The notes: generated by a model not told the origin, from the sequence alone. 64,000 nt of DNA from Candidatus Shapirobacteria bacterium (GCA_028700625.1 JAQVSI010000001.1:7570-71569); one strand, 5' to 3'. Positions 17,546 to 27,990 are shown, counted from the first letter of the stretch. Made by a program: numbers and translations.

Positions 17546-19876
17546 CAATCTCGCCCTTTTTCCTATTTCCGCTTCCACCAATTCTCTTGGTCGGCCATAT
17601 TTCAATGATGATAATTTCTTAATCATCTCGGCTTTTTTAGGATCGCCTGCTTTAAGTCTTTCTGCTGCTGCCACTTTTAATGAAAATGGCTGTTTAGGAA
17701 CTCCATTAATCATAGTTTTCATATATATTTCTCCCGTTCCTAAATTCAATAGATCATGTTCTCCAAATTCTGGTTGAAATTGTTTAGCCAAAAATCCAGC
17801 ATCGGAAATACCAAGTCTAAAACTACTTATAGTACCAACGTTTCCAAACACAGCGTTTTTAACTTCATCGTCCATCTGAGAAATAAATTGATTAGCAACT
17901 GTTAAATTTAAGTGATATTTTCTGGCTTCAGATAAAATAACAGCAAAGTCTTGAGTAGCAAAATTTTGAAACTCATCCACGTATAGATAAAAATCTTTTC
18001 TCAATGCCTCTGGAGTATCTTGTCGGCTCATAGCGGCAATTAAAATCTTAGGAATCAACACTAATCCTAAAAATGCTGAATTTTCTTCTCCAATTGTTCC
18101 TTTAGCTAAATTAATTATCAAAATTTTTCCATCATCCATCGCTTGTCTAAAATTAAAAGAAGAAGTGCTTTGGCCAATAATATTTCTCATCATAGTGTTG
18201 GTAATAAAGCGTCCAAATTTAGACACTATATAATCCAAAACTTCTGATTTGTGGAAATCACTAGTTTGGGCAATTTGATCAGTCCAATAACGTCTCACCA
18301 TTGGATCAGTTAATTTTGGTAATAATTCTTGAACATAATTTTGATCAGTTAAACAACGGACTATTTCAATAAAAGTTGCCCCAGGCTCAATCATAACTGT
18401 TAACATTATATTTCTAATTGCGTGTTCAAATCGAGGTCCCACAATACCAGTTTTATATGGATCATAAAGTTTATACATCAAATTGATAATAGAACTTGTT
18501 ACAAAATCTTTTTGATCTTCTCGGTCACATTCCATCACATTAAAACCCATTGGTCTTTCTGTTTGAGATGGATCAAAATAGATAACATCATCAATTCTCT
18601 CTGGAGGAATTCTTTCCAAAATACTTTCATAAGTATCGTGTGGATCAATAAAACAAACTCCATGACCAGCCTTAATATCTTGAAGTGCCATGTCTGCTAA
18701 AAGCCAAGATTTACCCACACCAGTTTGTCCCACAATATAAAAATGTCGTTGCCTATCATTTGTTGTCATACAAAATTTTTTATTAACTCCGCGATACAGA
18801 TTGTCACCAACATAAAGTCCCTCTTGAGGGGAATCAGTTGGAGCCGGTGCTTTTTTGGCCTTTAACCAATAAATATTTGGAGTTTCAATCGATTTATTTG
18901 GAAAATGGAAGATGCCAGCAATTTCATCTGAAGATAAAACAGTCTTATTTTTAATCCACATTAACACAGGATATTTATAGATGAAATCAGCCATAAACAT
19001 CGATTTGACCATTATTTTTTTGCTAGTAAGCTTATTCCAGGGCGATTCAAATTGGCCAAAACATGCCTTAATATTGGAAATATTCATCTTAGCTATTTCT
19101 TTGCTTGGTGCCACTGCTAGAATTCTTATCACCACTTCAAAACTAGGTTTACTACTTTTTTGTTCAATTGCTTCCAATTGTTTAGCATCGATTTTGTAAG
19201 AAGCCTTTTCGGAATTAGATTCTGATTTTTTAGTACTACTAATAAAACCTCGACCCATTTTTGCCCACTTACCTTCAGTCGGTGATAAAACTAGTTGGAT
19301 TGAAATTGTTTCATTTTCGTTTAATTTAGACAAAGTTGAAGTTACTGCAGCTAAAGGATCAACCGAAATTTCTTTGTAGTTTTTTAAAGGATAATAGGGG
19401 ATTTTTTTTAAAGCCAACCATAAGTATTCTACTTTACCATCGTTAGTATAGATATTTGGTTCTTCAACCACCTTAACATCAGCTCCAGCATAAACACTGT
19501 AAATTTGTTTTTCGATTAAATCTTGATATTTTTCTGGAATTGAAATATAGAACTTAATATCATCATGAGTTCCAATAATTTCCAAAGATACACTTGGTTG
19601 AGAAATTAATGGTTGCAAAAATTTTAATTTTGCCGATTTATGTAGGCTGGAAATTGAATTAATTATTTGTTCACTAGCATCAATTTTTATCTCATTATCT
19701 TGTGGCACTGCTATCAATAAAGTTATCAACTTTAAAGACTTTTCTTCTCTATCTCTCCACTTCCACCACATTAAAACTGCCAAACTTAAAAATCCTAAAA
19801 GCAAGACAATTAATACTATTATTAGTAGTGACATCAAAAACGCAGTTATTTGTTCAACTATCAAACTTTGATTCAT
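17543..19876 (-). CDS. Membrane-anchored FtsK/TraG/VirD4-superfamily P-loop DNA-translocase-like ATPase (777 aa) with ~400 aa non-canonical N-terminal domain
   Basis: Single N-terminal TM; Walker A GQTGVGKS; Walker B LYVDEFQ; LTVANQFISQMDDEVKNAVFGNVGTISSFRLG matches the post-Walker-B Q..SQL..G....FR block of coupling proteins and FtsK. Confidence 0.5.
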   Translation of the reverse strand: MNQSLIVEQITAFLMSLLIIVLIVLLLGFLSLAVLMWWKWRDREEKSLKLITLLIAVPQDNEIKIDASEQIINSISSLHKSAKLKFLQPLISQPSVSLEIIGTHDDIKFYISIPEKYQDLIEKQIYSVYAGADVKVVEEPNIYTNDGKVEYLWLALKKIPYYPLKNYKEISVDPLAAVTSTLSKLNENETISIQLVLSPTEGKWAKMGRGFISSTKKSESNSEKASYKIDAKQLEAIEQKSSKPSFEVVIRILAVAPSKEIAKMNISNIKACFGQFESPWNKLTSKKIMVKSMFMADFIYKYPVLMWIKNKTVLSSDEIAGIFHFPNKSIETPNIYWLKAKKAPAPTDSPQEGLYVGDNLYRGVNKKFCMTTNDRQRHFYIVGQTGVGKSWLLADMALQDIKAGHGVCFIDPHDTYESILERIPPERIDDVIYFDPSQTERPMGFNVMECDREDQKDFVTSSIINLMYKLYDPYKTGIVGPRFEHAIRNIMLTVMIEPGATFIEIVRCLTDQNYVQELLPKLTDPMVRRYWTDQIAQTSDFHKSEVLDYIVSKFGRFITNTMMRNIIGQSTSSFNFRQAMDDGKILIINLAKGTIGEENSAFLGLVLIPKILIAAMSRQDTPEALRKDFYLYVDEFQNFATQDFAVILSEARKYHLNLTVANQFISQMDDEVKNAVFGNVGTISSFRLGISDAGFLAKQFQPEFGEHDLLNLGTGEIYMKTMINGVPKQPFSLKVAAAERLKAGDPKKAEMIKKLSSLKYGRPRELVEAEIGKRARL

Positions 19877-20250
19877 TCCTCATTAAATTTTACATTACCT
19901 TTGTTCTTTTTAATTAATCTAAACACAAACTCAGATAACCATCTTCCTGCATCGCCAACAGTTTTATTGAAACCTTCCGAAAAAACTTTCTTATTTGTTG
20001 GAAGAGATACTTTAACAACTGCTGGGGCAATTGTTTGTAAAACCGAATCATCATCTCCTTTAATTTGGTTTTGGCCACTTATGGCTGGATCTTGTTCCAC
20101 TTTTTCCATCCAACTTTGCACCTCTCTAGGAATAATTACATCTTTTTTTAAATCAATTAAAACCTCTGTTGGTTTTTCATTTTGTCTTCCAAGTTGTTCA
20201 CTATTTTGTTCATTTTGATCGTCTACTAATCTTTCTTTAATTTCAGCCAT
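19873..20250 (-). CDS. Hypothetical acidic protein (125 aa), 4-bp overlap with the downstream ATPase gene (likely co-transcribed)
   Basis: ORF organisation only. Confidence 0.4.
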   Translation of the reverse strand: MAEIKERLVDDQNEQNSEQLGRQNEKPTEVLIDLKKDVIIPREVQSWMEKVEQDPAISGQNQIKGDDDSVLQTIAPAVVKVSLPTNKKVFSEGFNKTVGDAGRWLSEFVFRLIKKNKGNVKFNEE

Positions 20251-20285
20251 GTATACAGTATAAGTTAGAAGGTATAATTAACACA

Positions 20286-21488
20286 ATGGTTGAAAATGAA
20301 TCCAGCTTTTCTAAAATCCGAAAAATAGATAACAGTCGTCAATGGTTGCCTTTTTGGACTACTCTTTTGCTCGTTTTTTTGATTGTGCTTGTTGTTTGGT
20401 TTTTTAAAGGAGGCAGCTTTAAATTATATGCCAGTGTCTTTTTCTTTATTTACTCTTTAACAAACAAGATCTGGATTTCTGTTATTTTAATGGGTGTTCT
20501 TCAAAATGTTTTTTTTATGCCTTTGCGTCTTATTGGTAATTCTTTTGATAAATCTCTAAAAGAGTTTGAAGATGAGTTGGATAAAATAGACAGACAAGAC
20601 AATCAGTCTTTAGTTTTTAGTAAAAAAATTAAAGAGGGAAGTCTTTCTCTTGTTTTTTATATTTTCAATTTCTTTGTTAATGCAATTGCTTTCTTTTCTG
20701 CTGGACGTATATTTTTAATCGATTTTTATTCAGATCCTCTCAAGTTACAAAAGATGAAACTCCTTTACGATTGGGTTCCTTATCCAAAATATCCACTAAA
20801 TGGCATAAATTTCCATGTTCCGCTTTTAAGAGTCACTGAAACTATGGCTCTGGATTGGTCTAGAATTTTTACTTTTGTGGGTATCACTGTTTTATTTTTT
20901 GTTGTTCTCCGTCTTTTATGGAGAATCCTTCGTATTTTTCTTGGTCGAAATAAAAAAGTTCTTTTTGCCCGCATCAAATATAATCGTTTACTTTTTACTA
21001 TTAGTGGTTTTGGTGGTGTTGCTTTAATTTTAATGGTTATCTTTTTGCGTCACATCCCAACAGCATTCCAATCGTTTGTTTTCATTGCGAATCTAAGTCG
21101 TCAAAACACTCCTATGAATTTTGTTACCGCTGTTGGCACTTTTATAGTAACCATGCATGCTGGTTATAAAAACAACATAGAAGCATCTAAAAAAGCCGAA
21201 CTTTCCAATATTCCACCCGAAATTATTAAAAAAGTTTTCAAAAATAAAATGAAACAGAGCCTTAAAAATGCCACTGTGCTTGGTCTTGGAGCCTTCTTTA
21301 TTACCAATCAAATTCCTTCTGCTTTTGAATTGTCAGTTACCACTTTTGAAGTGATGTATCTTATTTATCCCTACACTTTCGGTCTAATTATTAAAAAAAG
21401 TGGTCAATTAACTCCACCCAAATCTACTGAAGATATTCACCCTTCTCCACCTCAAAATGAGTTAATCATTGCTGAAAAAATATCATGA
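20286..21488 (+). CDS. Hypothetical polytopic membrane protein (400 aa), stop overlaps start of polyprenyl synthase gene (ATGA)
   Basis: Multiple hydrophobic segments; no recognisable motif. Confidence 0.4.
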   Translation: MVENESSFSKIRKIDNSRQWLPFWTTLLLVFLIVLVVWFFKGGSFKLYASVFFFIYSLTNKIWISVILMGVLQNVFFMPLRLIGNSFDKSLKEFEDELDKIDRQDNQSLVFSKKIKEGSLSLVFYIFNFFVNAIAFFSAGRIFLIDFYSDPLKLQKMKLLYDWVPYPKYPLNGINFHVPLLRVTETMALDWSRIFTFVGITVLFFVVLRLLWRILRIFLGRNKKVLFARIKYNRLLFTISGFGGVALILMVIFLRHIPTAFQSFVFIANLSRQNTPMNFVTAVGTFIVTMHAGYKNNIEASKKAELSNIPPEIIKKVFKNKMKQSLKNATVLGLGAFFITNQIPSAFELSVTTFEVMYLIYPYTFGLIIKKSGQLTPPKSTEDIHPSPPQNELIIAEKIS

Positions 21489-22555
21489 TAAAAATTGATG
21501 CAGTTGAGGTTTTAGATAGATATAAAAATATTTTATGGCCAGAAATTGAAAAGCACCTAGATCTTATTAAAAATTATCCTACTTTTTGTCAAATAAAGCC
21601 GGGATATCAACCACTTTTAGATTTTCATTTCAAAATGGTTTCCGATTATCCCAAAAGAAAGGGAAAATATCTTCGTCCTACTCTTTTGATGTTAACCGCC
21701 CAATCTCTTGGTGTTGATCTAAAAAATACTCTCCTTACTGCCGAGTCTATGCAAATTTCCGAAGACTGGATTCTTAATCATGATGACATTGAAGATCAAT
21801 CAGAACAGCGTCGTGGCCAGCCGGCTCTTCAAAAAATTTATGGCAATGAATTGGCTCTCAATGCCGGTGATGCTCTTCATCTTTTAATGTGGCAGGTTTT
21901 GGCAAAAAATTATTTGATTTTGGATAAAAATATAGCTCAAAAAATCGAAGACGAATTTTTTACCATGATCAACCGCACTATTCTTGGTCAAACCATTGAA
22001 ATCAAATGGACTCAAGAAAATCGTTTCGATCTAACAGAAGAAGATATTTTGTTAATTTTAGAAAGTAAGACTGGTTATTACACCATTGCCGGTCCAATGA
22101 GATTAGGTGCAATTTTAGCCAGTGCCAACGAATTTCAATTAGAATCAATTTATCGTTTTGGAGTTCTGCTTGGTCGTTCCTTTCAAATAGTCGACGATCT
22201 TTTAGATTTAACTTCCAATTTTGCTGGTCAAAAAAAGCAAAAAGGCAATGATATCTACGAAGGCAAACGAACAATTATGCTAATTCATCTATTAAATAAT
22301 GCCTCACCAGAAGATTTATCAAAATTAAAAGAAATTTTAAATAAAGCCGGGACAAAAAAATCTCCAGAAGAAGTCGCTTGGGTAATTCGAAAAATGGAAG
22401 AATATAAAAGTCTCGATCATGGTCGGGAATTAGTCAAACAGTTTGCCACCGAAGCCAATATTATTTTCGACCAAGAATTAACTTTTTTCAACAAAGAACC
22501 ATTCAATTCTGAATTAAAACTAATTTTTGATTTTATAATAACCAGAGATCACTAA
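21485..22555 (+). CDS. Polyprenyl diphosphate synthase (trans-isoprenyl diphosphate synthase family; GGPPS/octaprenyl-like)
   Basis: First Asp-rich motif LNHDDIEDQSEQRRG and second FQIVDDLLD. Confidence 0.75.
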   Translation: MIKIDAVEVLDRYKNILWPEIEKHLDLIKNYPTFCQIKPGYQPLLDFHFKMVSDYPKRKGKYLRPTLLMLTAQSLGVDLKNTLLTAESMQISEDWILNHDDIEDQSEQRRGQPALQKIYGNELALNAGDALHLLMWQVLAKNYLILDKNIAQKIEDEFFTMINRTILGQTIEIKWTQENRFDLTEEDILLILESKTGYYTIAGPMRLGAILASANEFQLESIYRFGVLLGRSFQIVDDLLDLTSNFAGQKKQKGNDIYEGKRTIMLIHLLNNASPEDLSKLKEILNKAGTKKSPEEVAWVIRKMEEYKSLDHGRELVKQFATEANIIFDQELTFFNKEPFNSELKLIFDFIITRDH

Positions 22556-22558
22556 ATT

Positions 22559-22605
22559 AGCCCTCTTTGTCAAGGGAGGGTGCCCGCAGAGTGGGTGGGT
22601 TTAAG
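22559..22605. repeat. Palindromic element, copy 6 (canonical), immediately upstream of dnaG, overlapping its annotated N-terminus
   Basis: GCCCTCTTTGTCAAGGGAGGGTGCCCGCAGAGTGGGTGGGTTTAAGG. Confidence 0.75.
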
Positions 22606-24412
22606 GTATAATAAGCCAGTGGACAATCAAGTAGACGAAATTAAACAAAAACTCAACATTGTCGATGTAATTAATCGCTATGTTCCTCTAAAAAAGCGAG
22701 GTCGTCATCATGTGGCTTGTTGCCCTTTTCATGGCGAAAAAACTCCCTCATTTACAGTCTCAGAAGAAATGCAGATTTTTAAATGTTTTGGTTGTGGTAA
22801 AGCTGGTGATATTTTTACTTTTTTAGAAGAATATGAAAAAATTGATTTTAGAGAAGCGTTGGAAGAATTAGCCAAATTAGCCGGGGTTACTTTAGTTAAA
22901 AGTAGTTTTATTGATCACCAAGAATCCAAGAAGAAATTATTAATCGAAATTAATACTCAAGTTGCCAAATTTTACAACTACATTCTTTTGTCCCATCCCA
23001 TGGGCAAAGAAGCATTAGAATATACCACCAAAAGGGGAATAACCCTAGAAACCATTAAAACTTTTAACATCGGTTTTTCTCCCGACGATTCAAAATATTT
23101 AAGCAATTTCATTTTAAAAAAAGGCTACAAAATTGATGATTTAATTTCTACAGGTACTTTTGGTAAAAGTAATTATGGACCTGGTCTTTATGATCGTTTT
23201 CAAGGTCGTCTAGTTTTTCCTCTTCCAGATTATCGTGGTCATATTGTTGCTTTTGCTGGTCGTATTTTGCCATCAACCAAAAATCCCAACATGGCTAAAT
23301 ACATTAACTCTCCAGAAACTGAAATCTATCACAAAAGCAGTATGCTTTTCGGTTTAAATTTGGCCAAAGAAGCCATTAGAGCTGAAAATTCAGTTATTGT
23401 GGTTGAAGGTGAATTCGATATGATTTCTCCTTATCAATCTGGTTTCAAAAATATAGTTGCTCTGAAAGGCACTGCTTTTACCCAAGATCAACTTCAACTT
23501 CTCCGTCGTTACACCGACACTATTATTCTTGCTCTCGATTCCGATTTTGCTGGCAATAATGCCGCCAGAAAAAGTATCGAACTTGCCGATTCTATGGAAT
23601 TTGATATTAAAGTTTTAAATTTAGGCGATAAATATAAAGATCCAGACGAAGCCATCAAAGACGATCCAGAATTTTTTAAATCACAACTCCTCAAAACCAC
23701 TGATGTTTGGGATTTCATTATTCAGTCTCAATTAAAAAGTAATGATATTAATACTGTCAAAGGCAAAAGAGAAATTTTGAATGTGACTCTTCCTTTTTTA
23801 GTTAAAATAAAAAGTCCTGTCACTAAATCAGATTATTTCAAAAAATTGGCCAATGAAATTAATTCCAACATTGAATCTGTCTATGAAGAATCCCAAAAAT
23901 TTTTACTTTCACCCGTCCGAAGCTTTAACGTAGGAGGGCCAAAACCAGTTGAGCCAGTCGAAGAATCTGAAAGCAAAACCGAAAAATTAGAAGAACTTTT
24001 ATTATCTTTAATTATTGGTGCCAAAAATCCTTCCAAATTGGCCCTAAAACTAAAAAAATATCTCGACCAGCTTACTGTTCCTCGTTTTAAAACTATCGCT
24101 AATTATCTTCTGGAAAAAGAAAATTTTTCTTTAAAAGAAATAATGGATTCTCTTCCCGCTGAAATCCAACCTCTTTTCCAAGAAATTTATTTTGAATCAG
24201 AAAAAAACCAGATCGATTCCAAAGATCGTCTATCAGAAATCAAAAAAGCTACTTCCAAAATATCTTCAATTTTATTGAAAAAGAGGTTAAATCAGCTTAG
24301 TAATCAAATAAGTAAATTAGAATCAGAAGAAGATGAAGAGCTTCTAAAACAAGTCGAAGTGGAATACAAACAAGTCCTAGAAAAACTCCATCAACTCCAA
24401 ATTAATAAATAA
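22580..24412 (+). CDS. dnaG: DNA primase DnaG
   Basis: CHC2 zinc finger (CPFHGEKTPSF..FKCFGCGKAGD), TOPRIM region (VVEGEFDMIS). True start probably slightly downstream of the repeat (near VDNQVDEIK). Confidence 0.8.
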   Translation: MPAEWVGLRYNKPVDNQVDEIKQKLNIVDVINRYVPLKKRGRHHVACCPFHGEKTPSFTVSEEMQIFKCFGCGKAGDIFTFLEEYEKIDFREALEELAKLAGVTLVKSSFIDHQESKKKLLIEINTQVAKFYNYILLSHPMGKEALEYTTKRGITLETIKTFNIGFSPDDSKYLSNFILKKGYKIDDLISTGTFGKSNYGPGLYDRFQGRLVFPLPDYRGHIVAFAGRILPSTKNPNMAKYINSPETEIYHKSSMLFGLNLAKEAIRAENSVIVVEGEFDMISPYQSGFKNIVALKGTAFTQDQLQLLRRYTDTIILALDSDFAGNNAARKSIELADSMEFDIKVLNLGDKYKDPDEAIKDDPEFFKSQLLKTTDVWDFIIQSQLKSNDINTVKGKREILNVTLPFLVKIKSPVTKSDYFKKLANEINSNIESVYEESQKFLLSPVRSFNVGGPKPVEPVEESESKTEKLEELLLSLIIGAKNPSKLALKLKKYLDQLTVPRFKTIANYLLEKENFSLKEIMDSLPAEIQPLFQEIYFESEKNQIDSKDRLSEIKKATSKISSILLKKRLNQLSNQISKLESEEDEELLKQVEVEYKQVLEKLHQLQINK

Positions 24413-24413
24413 T

Positions 24414-24453
24414 TCCCATCCTTTTGTCAAAGGAGGGGTTAGGGGTAGATTTT
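24414..24453. repeat. Palindromic element, variant copy 7, in dnaG-rpoD spacer
   Basis: CCCATCCTTTTGTCAAAGGAGGGGTTAGGGGTAGATTTTA. Confidence 0.55.
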
Positions 24454-24481
24454 AAAAGAATTTTCCTATACAATATACCGC

Positions 24482-25567
24482 ATGGCAGCCACGTTAAACA
24501 TATCCAAAGTCAAACAAACGTTACTTGCTCAAGCAAAGAAGCTTCATTATCTTACCAATGATGAAATTTTAAGTCAAATTCCCGAACCAGAAAAATATCT
24601 TCAAGAAGTAGACGATGTTTTTGATTATCTTTTTGAACATGGTATTGATGTTTTTGATCGAGTTGAATCTAAAGAAGTCCTAGAAATTGAAAAAGAAAAA
24701 AATAATTCTGCCGATCTTTTAAGTCTTTTGTCTCAAAAAGTAAACATGGATTCGGTCAGAATGTATCTAAAAGAGATTGGTAAAATTAACCTTTTAACTT
24801 TTCCAGAAGAAGTCGACTTAGCTCAACAAATTGAAAAAGGTTCTGCTTCTGCTCGTGAAAAATTAATTAATGCTAATTTAAGATTAGTTGTTTCTATCGC
24901 CAAAAAATATATTGGTCGTGGTCTAACTTTTTTAGATTTAGTTCAAGAAGGAAATCAAGGTCTTATGCGCGCTGTCGAAAAATTCGATTGGCACCGCGGT
25001 TTTAAATTTTCTACTTATGCCACTTGGTGGATTCGCCAAGCCATCACTCGTGCTATTGCCGATCAAGCCAAAACCATTCGTATTCCAGTTCATATGGTTG
25101 AAACTATCAATAAAGTTTATAAAGCCACTCGCGCCTTAACCCAAAGATTAGGCCATGAACCAGAAATTGAACAAATTGCCGAAGAAGTTGGTATAACTAT
25201 TGAAAAAGTTGAAGAAATTTATCGTATTTCTCAAGATACCACCTCTCTTTCCACTCCAGTTGGTGATGATGAAGATTCGTTTTTAGGCGATTTTATAGAA
25301 GACACCACTCAAATGTCTCCTTATGAAGAAACTAGTAAAGATTTATTAAGAGAATCAATCGAAGAAGTTTTAGGATCCTTAGATGAAAGAGAAACCAAAG
25401 TTCTGTCTCTTCGTTTTGGTCTAATGGGGGAGACTCCAAAAACTCTTGAAGAAGTCGGCAAAATTTTTAATGTCACTCGTGAGCGTATTCGCCAAATCGA
25501 AGCCAAAGCATTAAGAAAATTAAGACATCCAAGTCGTCGCAAGAAACTCCAAGATTATTTAGAATAA
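24482..25567 (+). CDS. rpoD: RNA polymerase primary sigma factor (sigma-70 family)
   Basis: Region 2 [39 protein letters not shown]; region 4 [29 protein letters not shown]; classic dnaG-rpoD linkage. Confidence 0.85.
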   Translation: MAATLNISKVKQTLLAQAKKLHYLTNDEILSQIPEPEKYLQEVDDVFDYLFEHGIDVFDRVESKEVLEIEKEKNNSADLLSLLSQKVNMDSVRMYLKEIGKINLLTFPEEVDLAQQIEKGSASAREKLINANLRLVVSIAKKYIGRGLTFLDLVQEGNQGLMRAVEKFDWHRGFKFSTYATWWIRQAITRAIADQAKTIRIPVHMVETINKVYKATRALTQRLGHEPEIEQIAEEVGITIEKVEEIYRISQDTTSLSTPVGDDEDSFLGDFIEDTTQMSPYEETSKDLLRESIEEVLGSLDERETKVLSLRFGLMGETPKTLEEVGKIFNVTRERIRQIEAKALRKLRHPSRRKKLQDYLE

Positions 25568-25571
25568 AAAA

Positions 25572-26126
25572 TCAGACTTTTTCTGTTTCTATTTCAAATT
25601 CCATTATTTCGGCATTATTTACTTCAATTTCATCAATACTTTTTCCGGTTAATTTATTTATCATCATTCTTATTGATCCATCATGAGCTATCACTAATAT
25701 TGTTGAATTTTCGTTTTCCAATTTCAAATCCTCCAAAAACAAATCAGTTCTTTTTTTTAGTTCAACCCAACTTTCAACTCCCATTTCGTCATTTATTTTA
25801 TTATCTTGATCCAATTCCTCAAGATCAATTAATTGCATTTCCATTCCCTTATATTCTCCTAAATCTCTTTCTTCTAATAATTTACACATAAATACAGGTC
25901 CTTCAATCGGATATTCAACCAAAATAGATTCTAGGGTCTCCACACATCTTTTTAAAGGTGAGCAAAAAATCATATCGATTTTATATTTTTCTTTCAACTT
26001 TTTTCCAGCTTCTTTTGCTTGTTTAATCCCTTCCTGGGTTAACTTAGTTTCTTCAATTGCCAATTTACGATCACGATTTGCTTCAGACTCACCATGTCTA
26101 ATTAAAATTAATTTCATGTCAAACAT
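25572..26126 (-). CDS. Histidine phosphatase family protein (phosphoglycerate mutase-like)
   Basis: LILIRHGESEANRD N-terminal RHG catalytic motif. Confidence 0.6.
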   Translation of the reverse strand: MFDMKLILIRHGESEANRDRKLAIEETKLTQEGIKQAKEAGKKLKEKYKIDMIFCSPLKRCVETLESILVEYPIEGPVFMCKLLEERDLGEYKGMEMQLIDLEELDQDNKINDEMGVESWVELKKRTDLFLEDLKLENENSTILVIAHDGSIRMMINKLTGKSIDEIEVNNAEIMEFEIETEKV

Positions 26127-26168
26127 TATACTATATGATTTTCTTTATTTTCTAAATCAATCTCAAAT

Positions 26169-26177
26169 GTTATAATG
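26169..26177 (+). promoter_or_regulatory. Candidate extended -10 promoter element (TGtTATAAT) ~70 nt upstream of tRNA-Asn
   Basis: Perfect TGnTATAAT read from sequence; no convincing -35; orientation uncertain. Confidence 0.25.
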
Positions 26178-26247
26178 CCTAGTACATTGATTAATTTTTA
26201 GTTTTTATTTGACATTTGTCATTGGAAATTAGAAATTAATTGTATAT

Positions 26248-26322
26248 TCGCCCTTAGCTCAACGGTAGAGCAATCCGCTGTTAACGGAAAGGTTTTTGGT
26301 TCGAATCCAGAAGGGCGAGCCA
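26248..26322 (+). tRNA. tRNA-Asn (anticodon GUU), CCA encoded
   Basis: TCGCCCTTAGCTCAACGGTAGAGCAATCCGCTGTTAACGGAAAGGTTTTTGGTTCGAATCCAGAAGGGCGAGCCA; anticodon loop CTGTTAA; discriminator G. Confidence 0.8.
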
Positions 26323-26362
26323 GCTTCAAAACGATAAAAAGTTTGTAATTTTAGGTAAATAC

Positions 26363-27031
26363 TTGTATTTTCATAAATTTGATGTATATTACCGTTATAT
26401 GAACAATAAAGAAAGTATTGATAATATTATTGAGCGTAAAAGACAAGAAATTGAATTTAAAAAACAGACAGATATTCGTCAAAAAGAAGAAAAAGATTTA
26501 GCTGAAAAAGAAAGAGCAAAATTATTAGAAATAAAAAGACAACAAGAATTAACAGAAAGAATTAAAAAAACCAGAGAAAATTTCGCAGGTAGTGGAATAA
26601 TTGAAGCTTTTGAAGAAATTATAGATAAAAAAATCCTTATTCTTGCAAAGTTAGAAATGCATGAAGTAAAAAAGGGGATATTTGGTGGTTTACGTCATAA
26701 TTTCTATGAAAAAGTTATTCCCGCAAAAATACAATATTCATTGAACGAAGTTAGTCTACTTTATAATTATTATTATCAAAGTCATCTAGAGAAAGATAAT
26801 GATGAAAGCTGGATGTCGATAAATATTGAAAAAATAGATAATAATAATTTTAACTTAAAAATTTTCAATGAGAGAGAACATCGAAATGAAAGTATTATTG
26901 GAAATTCAGAGAAAACAATAGACAGAATTGCTGATTATATAGCGAGAAACAAAGGCGAACCGTATAACCTATCTCATAGTGGGTATTCAAGTGAAGGTTT
27001 GATTCATGCTATGGAACGTTTAGGTCAATAA
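26363..27031 (+). CDS. Hypothetical protein with N-terminal charged coiled-coil (222 aa); AT-rich, immediately after tRNA-Asn
   Basis: ORF only; KRQEIEFKKQTDIRQKEEKDLAEKERAKLLEIKRQQE heptad-like region. Confidence 0.35.
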   Translation: MYFHKFDVYYRYMNNKESIDNIIERKRQEIEFKKQTDIRQKEEKDLAEKERAKLLEIKRQQELTERIKKTRENFAGSGIIEAFEEIIDKKILILAKLEMHEVKKGIFGGLRHNFYEKVIPAKIQYSLNEVSLLYNYYYQSHLEKDNDESWMSINIEKIDNNNFNLKIFNEREHRNESIIGNSEKTIDRIADYIARNKGEPYNLSHSGYSSEGLIHAMERLGQ

Positions 27032-27189
27032 AAATTTAATTTCAAACCCCTTCCACTCTTCGAGCCAATTAGACGAGAACTTTTTTTAAACCAAAAATCA
27101 GTCAACTTCATTCGATCTGCCGACTATATTTCTACAATCGTTCACCGTGCAAATCCAGAAGACATTGTTGGAGTTTATCTAAATGGAAA

Positions 27190-27786
27190 TTATTTTGAGA
27201 GATGACTTGTATCATTCCAAAATTTTACTTCAGCTTTATCTTCATCTATTTCTAATAATGATAATGCAGCTCCGTTTGTATGCTCTAATTTAAGTCCAAA
27301 AATAGAATTGAATCTACCAATAAAATGGCCATGTGTAATGATCAGAATATTTTCAAACCCTGATTTTTCAATCATTTTTTTAAAATCTAAAGCCCTTTCT
27401 TTTACATCATTTTCGCTTTCTCCACCTTTACATCTAAAATCGTCTGGGTTTAAACCGCTAGTAGTATTTCTAACGGCATAATATTCAGTTGATGGTTGAC
27501 CTTCAAATTCAAGACGATTTATTTCTCTAATTAAATCAGTAATAACTATTTTTTTAGGATCTACTTTAAAACCACCTTTAAAAATTTGATCCATAGTTTG
27601 TAATGTTCGATAAAGACTACTGCAATAAATAGCATCGATTTTTATATTTTCTTTAACCAACCTCTCACCCAATTTCTTAGCATCTTCCAGCCCCTTATCT
27701 GATAATCCGGTATAAGAAAAGGCAATGTAGCCTTCAGCGTTACTTATCGATTCACCATGTCTAGTAATGTAAACTTTCATCATCAA
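27190..27786 (-). CDS. Histidine phosphatase family protein (second paralogue)
   Basis: VYITRHGESISNAEG RHG motif; ITHGHFIG second His. Confidence 0.6.
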   Translation of the reverse strand: MMMKVYITRHGESISNAEGYIAFSYTGLSDKGLEDAKKLGERLVKENIKIDAIYCSSLYRTLQTMDQIFKGGFKVDPKKIVITDLIREINRLEFEGQPSTEYYAVRNTTSGLNPDDFRCKGGESENDVKERALDFKKMIEKSGFENILIITHGHFIGRFNSIFGLKLEHTNGAALSLLEIDEDKAEVKFWNDTSHLSK

Positions 27787-27990
27787 AATTATAGCATTCT
27801 TAGATTAAAACCTAAATTGACTTTTTCATTCTAGTTCTAAATCCGTTCCACCTCTCGAGCACGAATTAATAATCATAACTCCTCCAATTATTCATAATTG
27901 ATGGAGTTCAACTCCACCAATTAGACTTTTGGTGTTAAGAATAAATGTTTTGATGCCAAGAAAGAATATGGTGGTTCTTGTAACGAAAGT

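Noticed and set aside
26209-26248. TTGACA -35-like hexamer upstream of tRNA-Asn
   Set aside because: No properly spaced -10 partner (the best -10-like hexamers would place the start inside the tRNA); only the separate TGnTATAAT element is reported, with low confidence
27870-27925. Imperfect inverted/direct repeat (ctcctccaattattcataattgatggagttcaactccaccaatt) upstream of the HEAT-like fragment
   Set aside because: Short, imperfect, single occurrence; could be a remnant operator or chance similarity, with insufficient support
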